Assembly: GCA_965116925.1 (NCBI GenBank)
Contig: OZ220744.1
Span: 4,384,001 to 4,448,000, forward strand
DNA: 64,000 nucleotides
From: Candidatus Poribacteria bacterium
Lineage (GTDB): Bacteria > Poribacteria > WGA-4E > PCPOR2b
Direction of reading: 5' to 3'
Positions 19,325-29,213 of the stretch are shown one piece after another (positions within the stretch are counted from its first letter, which is position 1; the number at the start of each line of letters is the position of its first letter). Made by a program: the position numbers and the translations under genes. The notes under the pieces were generated by a model. The model had not been told where the DNA came from and searched no databases. It saw nothing but the letters and a program-made list of their open reading frames with translations.

Positions 19325-20158
19325 ATGGTTACCGATCTCGAAATCTATCTGTTTGACTTACGCGGCTATATCGTTTTACCAAATGCTTTAACCCCCGAAG
19401 AGGTCGCAGAGCTCAACGAATGCCTTGATGCAATACCACCGTTGGAGGCGGGTGAATGGTACGGTTATGTCCACGCGCACCGGTATGGTACGACCGACGG
19501 TTTTAATCTACAGCAAATCTATGAAGCGGGCGAACCCTTCGAGCGACTGATTGATCACCCTTCATGGATCGACAAAGTGAAACACTTTGTAGGAGGGGAG
19601 GGCAGCTTTGATTACCACCACGGTCCCCTGTTTATAGATGAGAATTTTGCTACTTTTCGAGGTCCGGGAGAGGCTATTGGATTGCACTCAGGGGGCTATC
19701 CCCCCATCCATCGCAACCAATTCCGGTATCATAACGGTCGCTTCATGTGCGGACAGATCGATATCCTCATCGCGCTGACGGACTTTGGACCTGGCGACGG
19801 CGGCACTATGATTATCCCCGGCAGTCACAAATCTAACTTTAGACACCCGCACTATGACGAACACAGAATGGCGGTGGGAGCAACAGTTGAAGGGATCGAA
19901 GGGGCTGTTGAAATCCACATCAAAGCCGGCGATGCACTGCTTTTCGTTGATGGAGCTGCACACGGTTCAGCGAAACGGGTAAACCCTGGTATCCGCCGAA
20001 CTATCGTCTACCGCTATGGACCGTCTTGGGGTAATTTTCGATACGGCTATCAACCCTCACCGGAACTGTTGGAGCGTCTGACCCCTGAACGCCGGCAGAT
20101 TGTTCAACCGCTGGAACTGATACCGAGAGAACCGAACAAAGGGACTGTGAAGAGCTAG
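19325..20158 (+). CDS. PhyH-family Fe(II)/2OG enzyme with HxG motif (candidate halogenase)
   Basis: FDLRGY, LHSGG at the HxD position, GDGGTMIIPGSHK, AHGS and RRT motifs. Confidence 0.85.
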   Translation: MVTDLEIYLFDLRGYIVLPNALTPEEVAELNECLDAIPPLEAGEWYGYVHAHRYGTTDGFNLQQIYEAGEPFERLIDHPSWIDKVKHFVGGEGSFDYHHGPLFIDENFATFRGPGEAIGLHSGGYPPIHRNQFRYHNGRFMCGQIDILIALTDFGPGDGGTMIIPGSHKSNFRHPHYDEHRMAVGATVEGIEGAVEIHIKAGDALLFVDGAAHGSAKRVNPGIRRTIVYRYGPSWGNFRYGYQPSPELLERLTPERRQIVQPLELIPREPNKGTVKS

Positions 20159-20193
20159 GGCACATGCAAAAGGATAGTGCGAGACGATAAAGG

Positions 20194-20253
20194 CGTGAAA
20201 CGTGATGCGTGAAACGTGAAAAAATTAGTTCATTAGCTCATTGGGGTAATTGG
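20194..20253 (+). repeat. Composite heptamer/octamer repeat
   Basis: CGTGAAACGTGATGCGTGAAACGTGAAAAAATTAGTTCATTAGCTCATTGG. Confidence 0.7.
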
Positions 20254-20254
20254 A

Positions 20255-20430
20255 CTAGTGCTCTGTCAAATAAATCATGATAAGGCACTTACCGCTCGGT
20301 TGGGATAGCCATAGCCAAGCCGCTTTGTGGGGAAAGTATCTGAAGGAGGCTTTTGTACCACAATCTGTTAGATTGTGATCCGAGCCCGCAAACTAACAGT
20401 TTGCGCTACATTTATCTGACAATGTACTAG
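20255..20430. mobile_element. MITE-like element with CTAG-bounded 21-bp imperfect TIRs and an internal REP doublet
   Basis: Left end CTAGTGCTCTGTCAAATAAAT versus reverse complement of right end CTAGTACATTGTCAGATAAAT (17/21). Internal hairpins CACAATCT/AGATTGTG and CGCAAACT/AGTTTGCG. Confidence 0.7.
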
Positions 20431-20492
20431 GCAGCTGGATCTATGGAGTTCATTGAAAACGAAAGTGCAAGCTGCAAAGGGTTACTGATCAG

Positions 20493-21272
20493 TTATGAAG
20501 CTGGTTTTCGCGCTTTAACGCAGTACATGGGCCATGAAAAGTACAATTCCTCTGGTTCTCGCTGAATGGCAAAGATCGGTTCCTCCGCCGGTGTTAGCTC
20601 ATCAAAAGCGGCACGAAGCTGCTGAACTAGCTCAGGCGAGTTACCGGGGCGATCAGCCCACCACGAAAATGGCTGAAGCGCATTATGTGTATGTACCTCT
20701 TTCTTGATCGTGAATCCGGTTTCCTCAATCATCTCTCGCCACTGTGAAGGGGGATATCCCCACACATGGGAATGGTCTCGCAATTTTTCGACGCGATTTT
20801 GCCATTCGATGAGTCGCTCTGACTCTGGGCAGACGGAGTCCACCATGCAGAACAATCCTCCCGGACGCAACACCCGATAGGTTTCCGACAAAAATTGCGG
20901 TACATCCTGAAAATGGTGGGGAGCGATCCGGCAGGTGACTAGATCGAAAGATTCCGCTTCAAAGGGCAAAGCCTCCGCGGGGGCGACTTGGAAATCTATG
21001 TTTTGTAACCCGCGTTCACTAGCGAGTGTTTTCGCCTGATCCAGCATCGCGGGGGTTAAATCCGTCGCTGTGATGTGCGAGACTTTTGGTGCGAAGGTAA
21101 AGGCGGTAAAGCCCGTTCCGGTAGCGATGTCGAGGACTTTTTCGGTGCCAGTCGGCTCTGCGAAATCGACAAGCACTCCCAGTGTTTCTCCCTCTGAGTG
21201 AACCTTGCTCTGGGCATAATATTTGGCGTGTTGACTAAACTGTTGACGCACAGCGTCGTGAATTTGATCCAT
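20493..21272 (-). CDS. Class I SAM-dependent methyltransferase
   Basis: VLDIATGTG, AEALPF..SFDLV and RVLRPGG motifs. Confidence 0.92.
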   Translation of the reverse strand: MDQIHDAVRQQFSQHAKYYAQSKVHSEGETLGVLVDFAEPTGTEKVLDIATGTGFTAFTFAPKVSHITATDLTPAMLDQAKTLASERGLQNIDFQVAPAEALPFEAESFDLVTCRIAPHHFQDVPQFLSETYRVLRPGGLFCMVDSVCPESERLIEWQNRVEKLRDHSHVWGYPPSQWREMIEETGFTIKKEVHTHNALQPFSWWADRPGNSPELVQQLRAAFDELTPAEEPIFAIQREPEELYFSWPMYCVKARKPAS

Positions 21273-21351
21273 TGTGCTCCTTTGAAATTAGTGTGGGTGA
21301 TTCATAACCGTTGTCTAAATGTCGAATTAAGGAGATTCAACTATCCTATAA

Positions 21352-23649
21352 TTATGATGGGGCTCCTTCAGTTAGGTGATGGTGTAGGAAGCGAAACGTC
21401 CCCTGCCCGTTAATCTCGTGTCCGCTGTTAAAGAACTCAATCTCTGTCCGATCGGGGATGCCGAGATTGGCGTAAAGGTGTCTTACGATTGCATATTCGT
21501 AAGCGACCCATTCGTCCGATGCCACACCATCGTGATGTCCACGCTCAACCATAAACGGCCTGGGTGCAATCAACCACGCCATCTCTGCGTAGTTAAAGGT
21601 GTTGCCGAGATTGAACTCTGGCATCTCGTATTCGCCGGTAAACATGTAGCTGTAGCGAGAATCGTATGTCGCATTTTTGACGATCCACTCGTTGAAATCC
21701 GCCGAACAGATGGACAACGCATAACGGTCGAGTAGGGCGGGAACGCGCATAGCAGTCTTGCCGCCGTAGGAGAGTCCGTAGAATCCAATCCGTTCAGCGT
21801 CCACAAAAGGTTGTTCCGCAAGCCATTCAAGCGTCTGCTCGTGCTGGCGGGTGATCAACGAAAAGAGCGACCACTTGACGGGGTTTGCTTTGCGTTGAAT
21901 GACGCGGAATGCGTCTTGACCGATGTAGGGATTTTGCGGCGCGTAGACGACGAACCCTTGGTCTGCCAACTCCGCACCGTAGGCGTTGTATGGGGATTCG
22001 ATTTTCGGATCGACGACGTCCTGTGATCTGCCCTCTAATCCATGTTGACAAACCACCACTGGACGACGCTCATCCGACTTAATTCCTTTGGGAACCAGCA
22101 GAATGCCGTATGCAAACGTTTCCTTCCAAACATCAAGGACAACTTCATACCCCTTAAAACCCGGTTCATCGTAAATCAGGCGGGTACGAGGATTGGCCGG
22201 AATGCTCGGCGGTGGGCATCTGCCGATAACCTCATCCCAGAGATAATCACGGTAGTATTGGCAGGTTTCCTGCCAGTGCTCAATTGACGAGCGATCCGCT
22301 TTTGACCAAAGTGCTTCACGTCGAGATGCGGCTTGACGCAGGGCATCTTGTGTGAATGCGATCAGTTGATGAAATTGGCGATGTTGCCGTGTTTCAGGTG
22401 AAAATCCTGTGCGTCTATCCTGTGGCGGCGTTCCCGGTGCGACGAGCGGTTGGTCCTGACCGAGTGCGTTTAGGAAACTCGTCAATACAGCATCAGATCC
22501 GGGCGAACCGATACCGTTGTCTGACGCCACAAGACTGAGATTTTGCCCAACTCCCAATCGCTCATACAACGCATGGGCTCGATCAAATTCCACTTTCACC
22601 GACTCCAGTGGCGGTGAAACTAATTTCCCCGGCGCAGCACCAGCGCGTCCGTCACGTACCGGTGGCGGTCCCTCAACCCCAACACCTTGACTAGCTTCGA
22701 TAATCAGTCTTCGTGGTGTAATGAGGCTTGCTATTTCCGCATCGCCAAATTCGTGCAACAGTGCCCAGATATTTCGATAAATCGGCTCTTTCCAGACCGC
22801 TTCCCGCGACTGAAAATAACCGCTCACAACCGCTGCATCGATCCGTGTGTCCACCGCAGCGGTGTAAAGGGTCAGTAGTCCTCCTTCGCCATAGCCGATG
22901 ACTCCAATCGGTGGATGATTTTCGGCATGGCTCATCCAATCCACCAATGCGAGGATCTTCTGTACCTCGTAACCGATGATGTGTCGTCCTAATTCAAACG
23001 CCATGCGATAGATAAATTCACGGTGGGTCTGGTTGGTCATGCGCCCGATCTTCGGATTGCCCGACCATCTATCGTCTCGGTCTATCAGCGTAGGTACGAC
23101 AACCCGGCAGCCCTGTTCAGCCAAACGTCGGGCAAACTGTGCCTCCTGTGGTATTCCGTCTGCCAATCCTACAAGCATCTCCGGTGTCCAGTCCGCATCA
23201 GGAAGTGCGATTACTTGGGCGACAGGCTCACCCTCCGGTTCTAGCAAGAGCCCTTCTCCATCCACACCGTCAAACACGTGCCACCTTACAGCGTACACGG
23301 TATAATCTTCTGCCTTTGCAATTTCGGATGTTTGTGCCGTTGTCGCAATATAGTGAATAGCATCAATTGGGGTTCTCTCATCCACGCAGCCGATATACCC
23401 CCTAAAGCGTTCACGATTTGGCGCGATCGAAGCAGTATAAGCCTCATGTGAGCGATAGTCCCGATTCCACAGTTGTTGACGCGATTCGACAGAGCTTGCT
23501 ACCGCTTGTGCCACAAACTCGTCCAAACTCGTTACCATTTGGGCGGCGAGATCGCCATCCATTGTTAGATGATCTGTTCCCGGTAGGGTGTTAGTCTCCG
23601 CCGATGATGCTGAAGCCAAAAACCAAAGACCAAGTGTAGAAGTATTCAT
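21352..23649 (-). CDS. Two-domain alpha/beta hydrolase (dienelactone hydrolase-like)
   Basis: C-terminal domain has GLSYGG, HD and GH triad candidates; the N-terminal domain has GYGEGG with no nucleophile. Confidence 0.78.
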   Translation of the reverse strand: MNTSTLGLWFLASASSAETNTLPGTDHLTMDGDLAAQMVTSLDEFVAQAVASSVESRQQLWNRDYRSHEAYTASIAPNRERFRGYIGCVDERTPIDAIHYIATTAQTSEIAKAEDYTVYAVRWHVFDGVDGEGLLLEPEGEPVAQVIALPDADWTPEMLVGLADGIPQEAQFARRLAEQGCRVVVPTLIDRDDRWSGNPKIGRMTNQTHREFIYRMAFELGRHIIGYEVQKILALVDWMSHAENHPPIGVIGYGEGGLLTLYTAAVDTRIDAAVVSGYFQSREAVWKEPIYRNIWALLHEFGDAEIASLITPRRLIIEASQGVGVEGPPPVRDGRAGAAPGKLVSPPLESVKVEFDRAHALYERLGVGQNLSLVASDNGIGSPGSDAVLTSFLNALGQDQPLVAPGTPPQDRRTGFSPETRQHRQFHQLIAFTQDALRQAASRREALWSKADRSSIEHWQETCQYYRDYLWDEVIGRCPPPSIPANPRTRLIYDEPGFKGYEVVLDVWKETFAYGILLVPKGIKSDERRPVVVCQHGLEGRSQDVVDPKIESPYNAYGAELADQGFVVYAPQNPYIGQDAFRVIQRKANPVKWSLFSLITRQHEQTLEWLAEQPFVDAERIGFYGLSYGGKTAMRVPALLDRYALSICSADFNEWIVKNATYDSRYSYMFTGEYEMPEFNLGNTFNYAEMAWLIAPRPFMVERGHHDGVASDEWVAYEYAIVRHLYANLGIPDRTEIEFFNSGHEINGQGTFRFLHHHLTEGAPS

Positions 23650-23669
23650 AGGGAAATTTCCTCCGCGTT

Positions 23670-24857
23670 TTACACGATTCCAGCCTGCTTCAATTGATTA
23701 ACTTCCTCCGATTCCAGCCCTAACAAGCCGGTCAAAATTTCTGATGTATGCTCTCCGAGATTTGGCGCGGGGGCATCGATCTGACCGGGCGTCTCTGAGA
23801 GTTTAATCGGCATCCCCGGAATCTGAACAGTGCCGGTTGTGTCGTGCTCGACTTCAGCGATCATGTCTCGTGCTAGCACTTGGGGATCGTTTGCCACCTT
23901 ATCAACGGTGTTTACTGGACCGCACGGTACACCGATCTCCTCCAAAGCCTCAACCCACGCATCGGTTGTGCGGCGGCGCATGATCTCAGCAAGGATTGGG
24001 AAAAGGGATTCATGGTTCTCTGTGCGCAGCGCATTTGTGTTAAACTGCTCATCGTCGATCAATTCAGGCTGACCGACATGTTCACAAAATTTCCGCCACA
24101 GTTCATTGTTTCCGATTGCGATAACCACATAGCCATCGGCGGATTCAAAGACCTCAAACGGCGTTATTGCTGGATGTCGCCTGCCCAACGGACGTGGAAC
24201 CTCGCCGGTAGAAAAATAGCGGACCATTGCGTTTTCCAAGATTGCTACCTGACAATCGAGCATCCCAACGTCAATGAATTGTCCTTCCCCAGTTTGATCT
24301 CGATGTCGAAGTGCGGAGAGGATCCCGATAGCGGTGAACAATGCGGATGTTATATCGCCAATCGAAGTCCCCACACGCACAGGCGGCCGATTTGGCTCGC
24401 CGGTTATACTGATAATTCCTCCCATTCCCTGAATAATCATATCGTATGCTCCCCGCATTGCATACGGTCCTGTCTGCCCGAATCCTGAGCAAGCAGCGTA
24501 GAGGAGAGACGGGTGGTATGTTTTGAGTGATTCGTAATCCAAGCCGAGTTTTTCCATCGTCCCGGGGCGAAAATTCTCGACAAGGATGTCCGAACCCTTG
24601 ACCAATTCCAAAAAGAGTTCCTTGCCACGCCGGGACTTCAGGTTCAAGGTGACACTTTTTTTGCCCCGATTGACGCTCATAAAGTAGAGACTAAAGTCAC
24701 TCTTGAAGGGACCGAAATCCCTTGCCTCATCTCCGGTTCCGGGCTGCTCGATCTTGATCACCTCCGCGCCAAGGTCTCGCAAGATCATCGTTGCGTAGGG
24801 ACCCGCTAAAATACGCGTAAGATCTAATACTCGTATTCCTTTTAATGGACCTACCAT
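23670..24857 (-). CDS. CaiB/BaiF family III CoA transferase
   Basis: PLKGIRVLDLTRILAGP, NRGKKS, ENFRPG, GD and APNLGEHT motifs. Confidence 0.95.
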   Translation of the reverse strand: MVGPLKGIRVLDLTRILAGPYATMILRDLGAEVIKIEQPGTGDEARDFGPFKSDFSLYFMSVNRGKKSVTLNLKSRRGKELFLELVKGSDILVENFRPGTMEKLGLDYESLKTYHPSLLYAACSGFGQTGPYAMRGAYDMIIQGMGGIISITGEPNRPPVRVGTSIGDITSALFTAIGILSALRHRDQTGEGQFIDVGMLDCQVAILENAMVRYFSTGEVPRPLGRRHPAITPFEVFESADGYVVIAIGNNELWRKFCEHVGQPELIDDEQFNTNALRTENHESLFPILAEIMRRRTTDAWVEALEEIGVPCGPVNTVDKVANDPQVLARDMIAEVEHDTTGTVQIPGMPIKLSETPGQIDAPAPNLGEHTSEILTGLLGLESEEVNQLKQAGIV

Positions 24858-24963
24858 CTATCTTCCTTTCTCTTTCGAGGATAATATCGTTTCTTATTTT
24901 ACCATATTTTAGACTTCGTTTGTAGAAGACAACATCTTTCTCCTAATCATTTTTACCGAAACT

Positions 24964-25305
24964 CCCTTTAGGTCTAAAGCCCAAGCATTTATGCTTGGAG
25001 CAGTTGGGGCGCAGCCTATATAGATTGCTTTAGCACGTTTTTGGTTGATTTTGTAGGTCAAACATGGTATACTTTTTTTGTCTTTCGTAGGGGATTTCAA
25101 CCGTTAGCACCCTCGCTAACGTCCCCTACACCTCGTTGAAAAGGCATGAAAGACAGAAAGACAATTCCTAATGAAAACCTACAAGTTCAAGTTGTATTCT
25201 AATCACGGTAATCGTGAGTTGCACCAGACAATAGATAGTCATGCTCAAGTTACGCCTAACGGAATGGGTAAGAATTCCAATCCTTTAGGTTTAGGAGTAT
25301 GTCAA
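24964..25305 (+). mobile_element. Internally deleted IS200/IS605 (tnpB) element
   Basis: Left hairpin CCAAGCAT-TT-ATGCTTGG (24981-24998), TnpB-like stub MKTYKFKLY from 25171, and right end AATCCTTTAGGTTTAGGAGTATGTCAA ending in TCAA. Confidence 0.75.
25171..25251 (+). pseudogene. tnpB: tnpB N-terminal remnant
   Basis: MKTYKFKLYSNHGNRELHQTIDSHAQV resembles the TnpB N-terminal YKFRLY motif and is joined almost directly to the right end. Confidence 0.6.
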
Positions 25306-25333
25306 TCGGTTTAATTTGTGGTCGATTTTGGGG

Positions 25334-25363
25334 TTGACGGACACAATAGCAGTGTGTTAAGAT
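25334..25363 (+). promoter_or_regulatory. Sigma70-like promoter for coaD
   Basis: TTGACG-18nt-TAAGAT with a TGn extension. Confidence 0.5.
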
Positions 25364-25429
25364 TCCTTAAAGCAAAGGCATTGACTGAGCATCGTTAAAT
25401 GGAATTTTTGGAAGAAAGGAAAGATAGCC

Positions 25430-25948
25430 TTGCCGAAAAAAATTGCCGTTTACCCTGGCAGCTTTGATCCCCTCACCAATGGTCATGTGGATTTGATCAA
25501 TCGAGTTTCCGCGCTCTCCGTTTTCGATGAGTTGACTGTATTAATCGGTGTTAATCCCATTAAGAAGACGCGTTTCACACTGGCGGAACGGATCGAGATG
25601 TTGGAAGCTGTCATCCAACCTTATCCGTGCGTCACCATCGATCAGTATTCAGGGCTCACGGCGCAGTACGCACAGGAGCGCGGTGCCTCTGCGATTATTC
25701 GAGGACTTCGAGCATTCTCCGATTTTGAAAATGAGTTCCAGATGTCGCTGATGAATCGCCAAATCGCGCCACAAGTAGATACGTTGTTTATGATGGCAAA
25801 TACTAAGTATGCCCATCTGAGTTCGACGCTAGTCATGCAGGTGGCACAGATGGGGGGAATGCAGGTGAGTAATGAAAAGTTGTTAGAGATGGTGCCGCCG
25901 GTTGTTGTTGAAATGCTAGTCAAGAAATATGGTCCGCCGAAGGATTGA
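25430..25948 (+). CDS. coaD: Pantetheine-phosphate adenylyltransferase
   Basis: AVYPGSFDPLTNGH, IRGLRAFSDFENE and LSST motifs. Confidence 0.97.
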   Translation: MPKKIAVYPGSFDPLTNGHVDLINRVSALSVFDELTVLIGVNPIKKTRFTLAERIEMLEAVIQPYPCVTIDQYSGLTAQYAQERGASAIIRGLRAFSDFENEFQMSLMNRQIAPQVDTLFMMANTKYAHLSSTLVMQVAQMGGMQVSNEKLLEMVPPVVVEMLVKKYGPPKD

Positions 25949-25971
25949 AAATGCCAACCTAAATTAATAGA

Positions 25972-26280
25972 GTGAGGAAGACCGTACCAATGCGATTGAT
26001 CCAATCTGGGCTATCTATTCTCGCTGTTGTTATGTTATTGATTAGTCTATATCGATTTGTGGAAGGGTTTCAGGATTGGCAGGAAGCCCGCCGGATCAAA
26101 CAGCGATCCTTGGACGAGGTGGCAGCACTCGAACGCGAACGCGATCGCTTAAAAGTTCGGGTGGAAAAATTGAAAACGGACGAACTCACCAAAGAGCGGT
26201 TGGCACGACGACTCAGCTATATTAAGCCCGGTGAAGTTGTATACAAGATTGTCCCCGCTTCCGATACCCCTCGTGAATAA
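25972..26280 (+). CDS. Septum formation initiator (DivIC/FtsB family)
   Basis: One TM, a coiled coil and an ERLARRLSYIKPGEVVY motif. Confidence 0.85.
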   Translation: MRKTVPMRLIQSGLSILAVVMLLISLYRFVEGFQDWQEARRIKQRSLDEVAALERERDRLKVRVEKLKTDELTKERLARRLSYIKPGEVVYKIVPASDTPRE

Positions 26281-26293
26281 ATCCAACTTAGGA

Positions 26294-26402
26294 TAGGAGT
26301 TACGCACTTCAGATTGTAGTTGCCCGATTTATCGGGCGTTGGGAATAGTTGCCGGCGGCGATAAATCGCCGAACTACAAGGCGTTGAACGTTCAAAGTCT
26401 TA
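26294..26402. mobile_element. MITE-like shell with inverted GTAG REP doublet
   Basis: TAGGAGTTACGCACTTCAG, then GTAGTTGCCCGATTTATCGGGC and CGGCGATAAATCGCCGAACTAC. It is an inverted relative of 1939-2101; the right end is degenerate. Confidence 0.7.
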
Positions 26403-26449
26403 TGCTGCGTTGAACCGTCCCCCCTCTAACTCCTTCTCATTAGCCCTGC

Positions 26450-27598
26450 TCATTGACCAACCCGTCGCAACGGATAGAACAGACAGATAGATACCGCGAC
26501 AAGGATGCCTGCGGCAATCCAACAGGAGATTTGGAAGGTTTCAGGCGTGTACAGTTTCCCCGCAAAAGGAGGTCCCACGACCCGTCCAAGGCTGAGAAAA
26601 GCGTCCATCACGCCGATTGTGGCACCTTGACCGAACTTGGTTTGCTTAGAAATCCACGAGGCATTTGTTGGGCGGATAATCTGATTGCCAATTCCAGCAA
26701 TCGACAGATAAAGGGTGAGCATCACCAATGTTTTTGGCCAAGGGAGTAGTGCTAGTCCCACAGCGTTCAACATCAACCCGATGATAATCAGTTTGAACTC
26801 CCCACAAAAGTTAATCAGTTTTCCTAAAACACTGCCCTGCAGCAGGGCAATGAATGTTCCCATAATCACTAACATCACCCCTAGCTCTTTTGACCCGTAG
26901 TTCAGTCGATCTTTGATGGACAGTGGAAGAATTGTCTCCAATCCTGCAAAGATAAACGCTGAGAAAAAAGCAACGAGAAAGAGCGGTGTCAGTGGATGAT
27001 TCATTGCTGACCAAGGAGAGATAATTGCTTCCTGTGTATCGGGAAGTTCGGTAAGTTTGAGAGATTCTGGCAAAAGGGTCAGCGCGAAACAGAAAGTCGC
27101 CAAGGACAACCCACCGGCGAGGAAAAATGGTAGACTGTGGTTGCCGATAATTCCGCCGATACCGGGACCCGCAATAAAACCCAACCCCATCGCAGCACCC
27201 ATCAGCCCCATCCCCTTCCCCCGGTTCTCTTCTGTCGTGACATCCGCAACATAAGCCATTACCGTTGGTAGAATAGCTGCAGAAAATACGCCGGATAAAC
27301 CGCGCGCAATGAATAGCCAAGGCAAACTCCTCACTGCACCAAACAGAACTAGTGCCCCTGCGTTACCAACGAGCCCTATCAGGATTGCAGGTCTCCGGCC
27401 ATACTGATCTGAGAGACGGCCCCACATCGGCGCGAAAATTAATTTCATCGCTGAATAGATGCTTATCAAGAATCCGATCTGTGTAGCACTTGCACCCAAC
27501 TCCTCCGCATAATATGCTAGATGTGGGAGGATGACACCCAAGCTAAGCATGACCAGAAACATCGTCAGAAATAGAATTGTTAAGGCACTTTTCTTCAT
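26450..27598 (-). CDS. MFS transporter (TetA/DHA1-like)
   Basis: WGRLSDQYGRRP motif A, about 12 TMs, GFIAGPGIGG. Confidence 0.92.
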   Translation of the reverse strand: MKKSALTILFLTMFLVMLSLGVILPHLAYYAEELGASATQIGFLISIYSAMKLIFAPMWGRLSDQYGRRPAILIGLVGNAGALVLFGAVRSLPWLFIARGLSGVFSAAILPTVMAYVADVTTEENRGKGMGLMGAAMGLGFIAGPGIGGIIGNHSLPFFLAGGLSLATFCFALTLLPESLKLTELPDTQEAIISPWSAMNHPLTPLFLVAFFSAFIFAGLETILPLSIKDRLNYGSKELGVMLVIMGTFIALLQGSVLGKLINFCGEFKLIIIGLMLNAVGLALLPWPKTLVMLTLYLSIAGIGNQIIRPTNASWISKQTKFGQGATIGVMDAFLSLGRVVGPPFAGKLYTPETFQISCWIAAGILVAVSICLFYPLRRVGQ

Positions 27599-27641
27599 CC
27601 GCTATACCACTGTATAGGATATTGACAGGTCCTAACCAATA

Positions 27642-27742
27642 CGGGGAAACCAGATGCCCCGCCTACGATGGGTATGGAGCCTGAGCATGTCCCTCAACGC
27701 CCGATGAATCGGGCAACTACAATCTGAAGGGCGCGACTCCTA
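27642..27742. repeat. REP mosaic with degenerate MITE end
   Basis: CGGGGAAACCAGATGCCCCGCCTAC and GCCCGATGAATCGGGCAACTACAATCTGAAGGGCGCGACTCCTA (reverse match to 26294-26337). Confidence 0.7.
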
Positions 27743-27857
27743 AGGTGTTGGGAATTGCCGATTGTAGAAGTTCGAGAAACGTATGTCAAATCCGATTGGA
27801 CTTTATTCTAGATCGTAGTGTACAATTAAACGTAAAACTTACCGTAAGGAGACAAAA

Positions 27858-29093
27858 ATGACTGTTAATCAATTAAAAGGCAAAACTGTTGGCGCAGCGG
27901 TTTCGGGTGGACTCGATAGCTGTACCATCACACGATGGCTAGTCGATAACGGGGTCAATGTGGTCTGCTTTACTGCTGATCTCGGACAACCCGATGAAAA
28001 GAACATGGACGAAATTTGCGAGCGAATGCTTGCATGTGGTGCCCAAGAGGCGGTTATCGTTGATGCGAAGGATGAACTGGCGATGGCGGGGCTCAAGGTC
28101 ATCCAATCCCAAGCGAAATATGAAGGGGGATATTGGAATACGACCGGTATCGCCCGGCATATCACTGTCGAGGCACTGTTGCCAGAAATGGAGAAGCGTG
28201 ACATCAATATATTGGGCCACGGCTGTACCGGTCGAGGCAACGATCAGGTGCGGTTTCAGATTGCGACCAATATGTTGAATCCCGATTTTGAGGTCTATGC
28301 CCCATGGCGCGATCCGGTGTTTCTTGAACAGTTTGGCGGCAGAAAAGAGATGATCGATTTCTGCAATGCACACAATTTACCAATCCGAGCGACCCATGAG
28401 AAACCGTACTCAACCGATGCGAACATGCTCGGTTTGACCCATGAAGCAGGCAGATTAGAATCCCTCAAAACACCTGCCGGCTTTATTACACCGGGTATGG
28501 GTGTCCACCCGATGGACGCTCCCGATGAAATTGAACACTTCACGGTCACCTTTGATAGAGGTATACCGCTGGAGGTCAACGGGAGTCCGGTAATTCCTTT
28601 CCAAGCCCTCGCAGAAGCCAATCGCATCGCCGGAAGAAACGGCGTTGGCATCGGGATTCACACCGTCGAAAATCGGTTCGTCGGGATTAAAAGCCGAGGG
28701 GTTTATGAATCGCCGGGGATGGAATTGCTCGGTCGGTGTTACGAGTTCCTACTTCAACTGATTTTGGATCGACGGGCGCGTCGGGTTTTCGATCGAGTAT
28801 CCGTTGATGTGGCTGAACAGATCTATCAAGGTTATTGGTTCGATACCGCTACCCAATCAATGCTCGCCTCCATTGAGCCCTTCACCCGCATGGCTTCTGG
28901 GGATATTACCGTTGCGCTGTATAAGGGAAATATCGCATTCCATTCTGCTGGCGGCGTGATTCACTCACTCTATTCGGAGGAGACCTCCTCAATGGAAGCA
29001 ATCGGCGACTTCAACCACGCGGATTCGGAGGGGTTCTTATCCGTTCTCGGCGTCAGTGCAAAGGCGTTATCTGCCGCGGGACAGACGAAGTAG
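27858..29093 (+). CDS. argG: Argininosuccinate synthase
   Basis: SGGLDS, HGCTGRGNDQVRF, YSTDAN and ENRFVGIKSRGVYESPG motifs. Confidence 0.97.
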   Translation: MTVNQLKGKTVGAAVSGGLDSCTITRWLVDNGVNVVCFTADLGQPDEKNMDEICERMLACGAQEAVIVDAKDELAMAGLKVIQSQAKYEGGYWNTTGIARHITVEALLPEMEKRDINILGHGCTGRGNDQVRFQIATNMLNPDFEVYAPWRDPVFLEQFGGRKEMIDFCNAHNLPIRATHEKPYSTDANMLGLTHEAGRLESLKTPAGFITPGMGVHPMDAPDEIEHFTVTFDRGIPLEVNGSPVIPFQALAEANRIAGRNGVGIGIHTVENRFVGIKSRGVYESPGMELLGRCYEFLLQLILDRRARRVFDRVSVDVAEQIYQGYWFDTATQSMLASIEPFTRMASGDITVALYKGNIAFHSAGGVIHSLYSEETSSMEAIGDFNHADSEGFLSVLGVSAKALSAAGQTK

Positions 29094-29099
29094 TATCAA

Positions 29100-29137
29100 G
29101 GGAGGGATAGTGCAGGTTCCCATCCCTCTCTTTCTTC
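29100..29137 (+). terminator. Putative intrinsic terminator after argG
   Basis: GAGGGAT/ATCCCTC stem followed by a T-rich tract. Confidence 0.5.
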
Positions 29138-29213
29138 TCTCAAATGTATCTCCACGACTTTCTTGCCGTTTTTACCCATTTTACCCGCAAATTTGTATAT
29201 ACCAAGAGACTAA

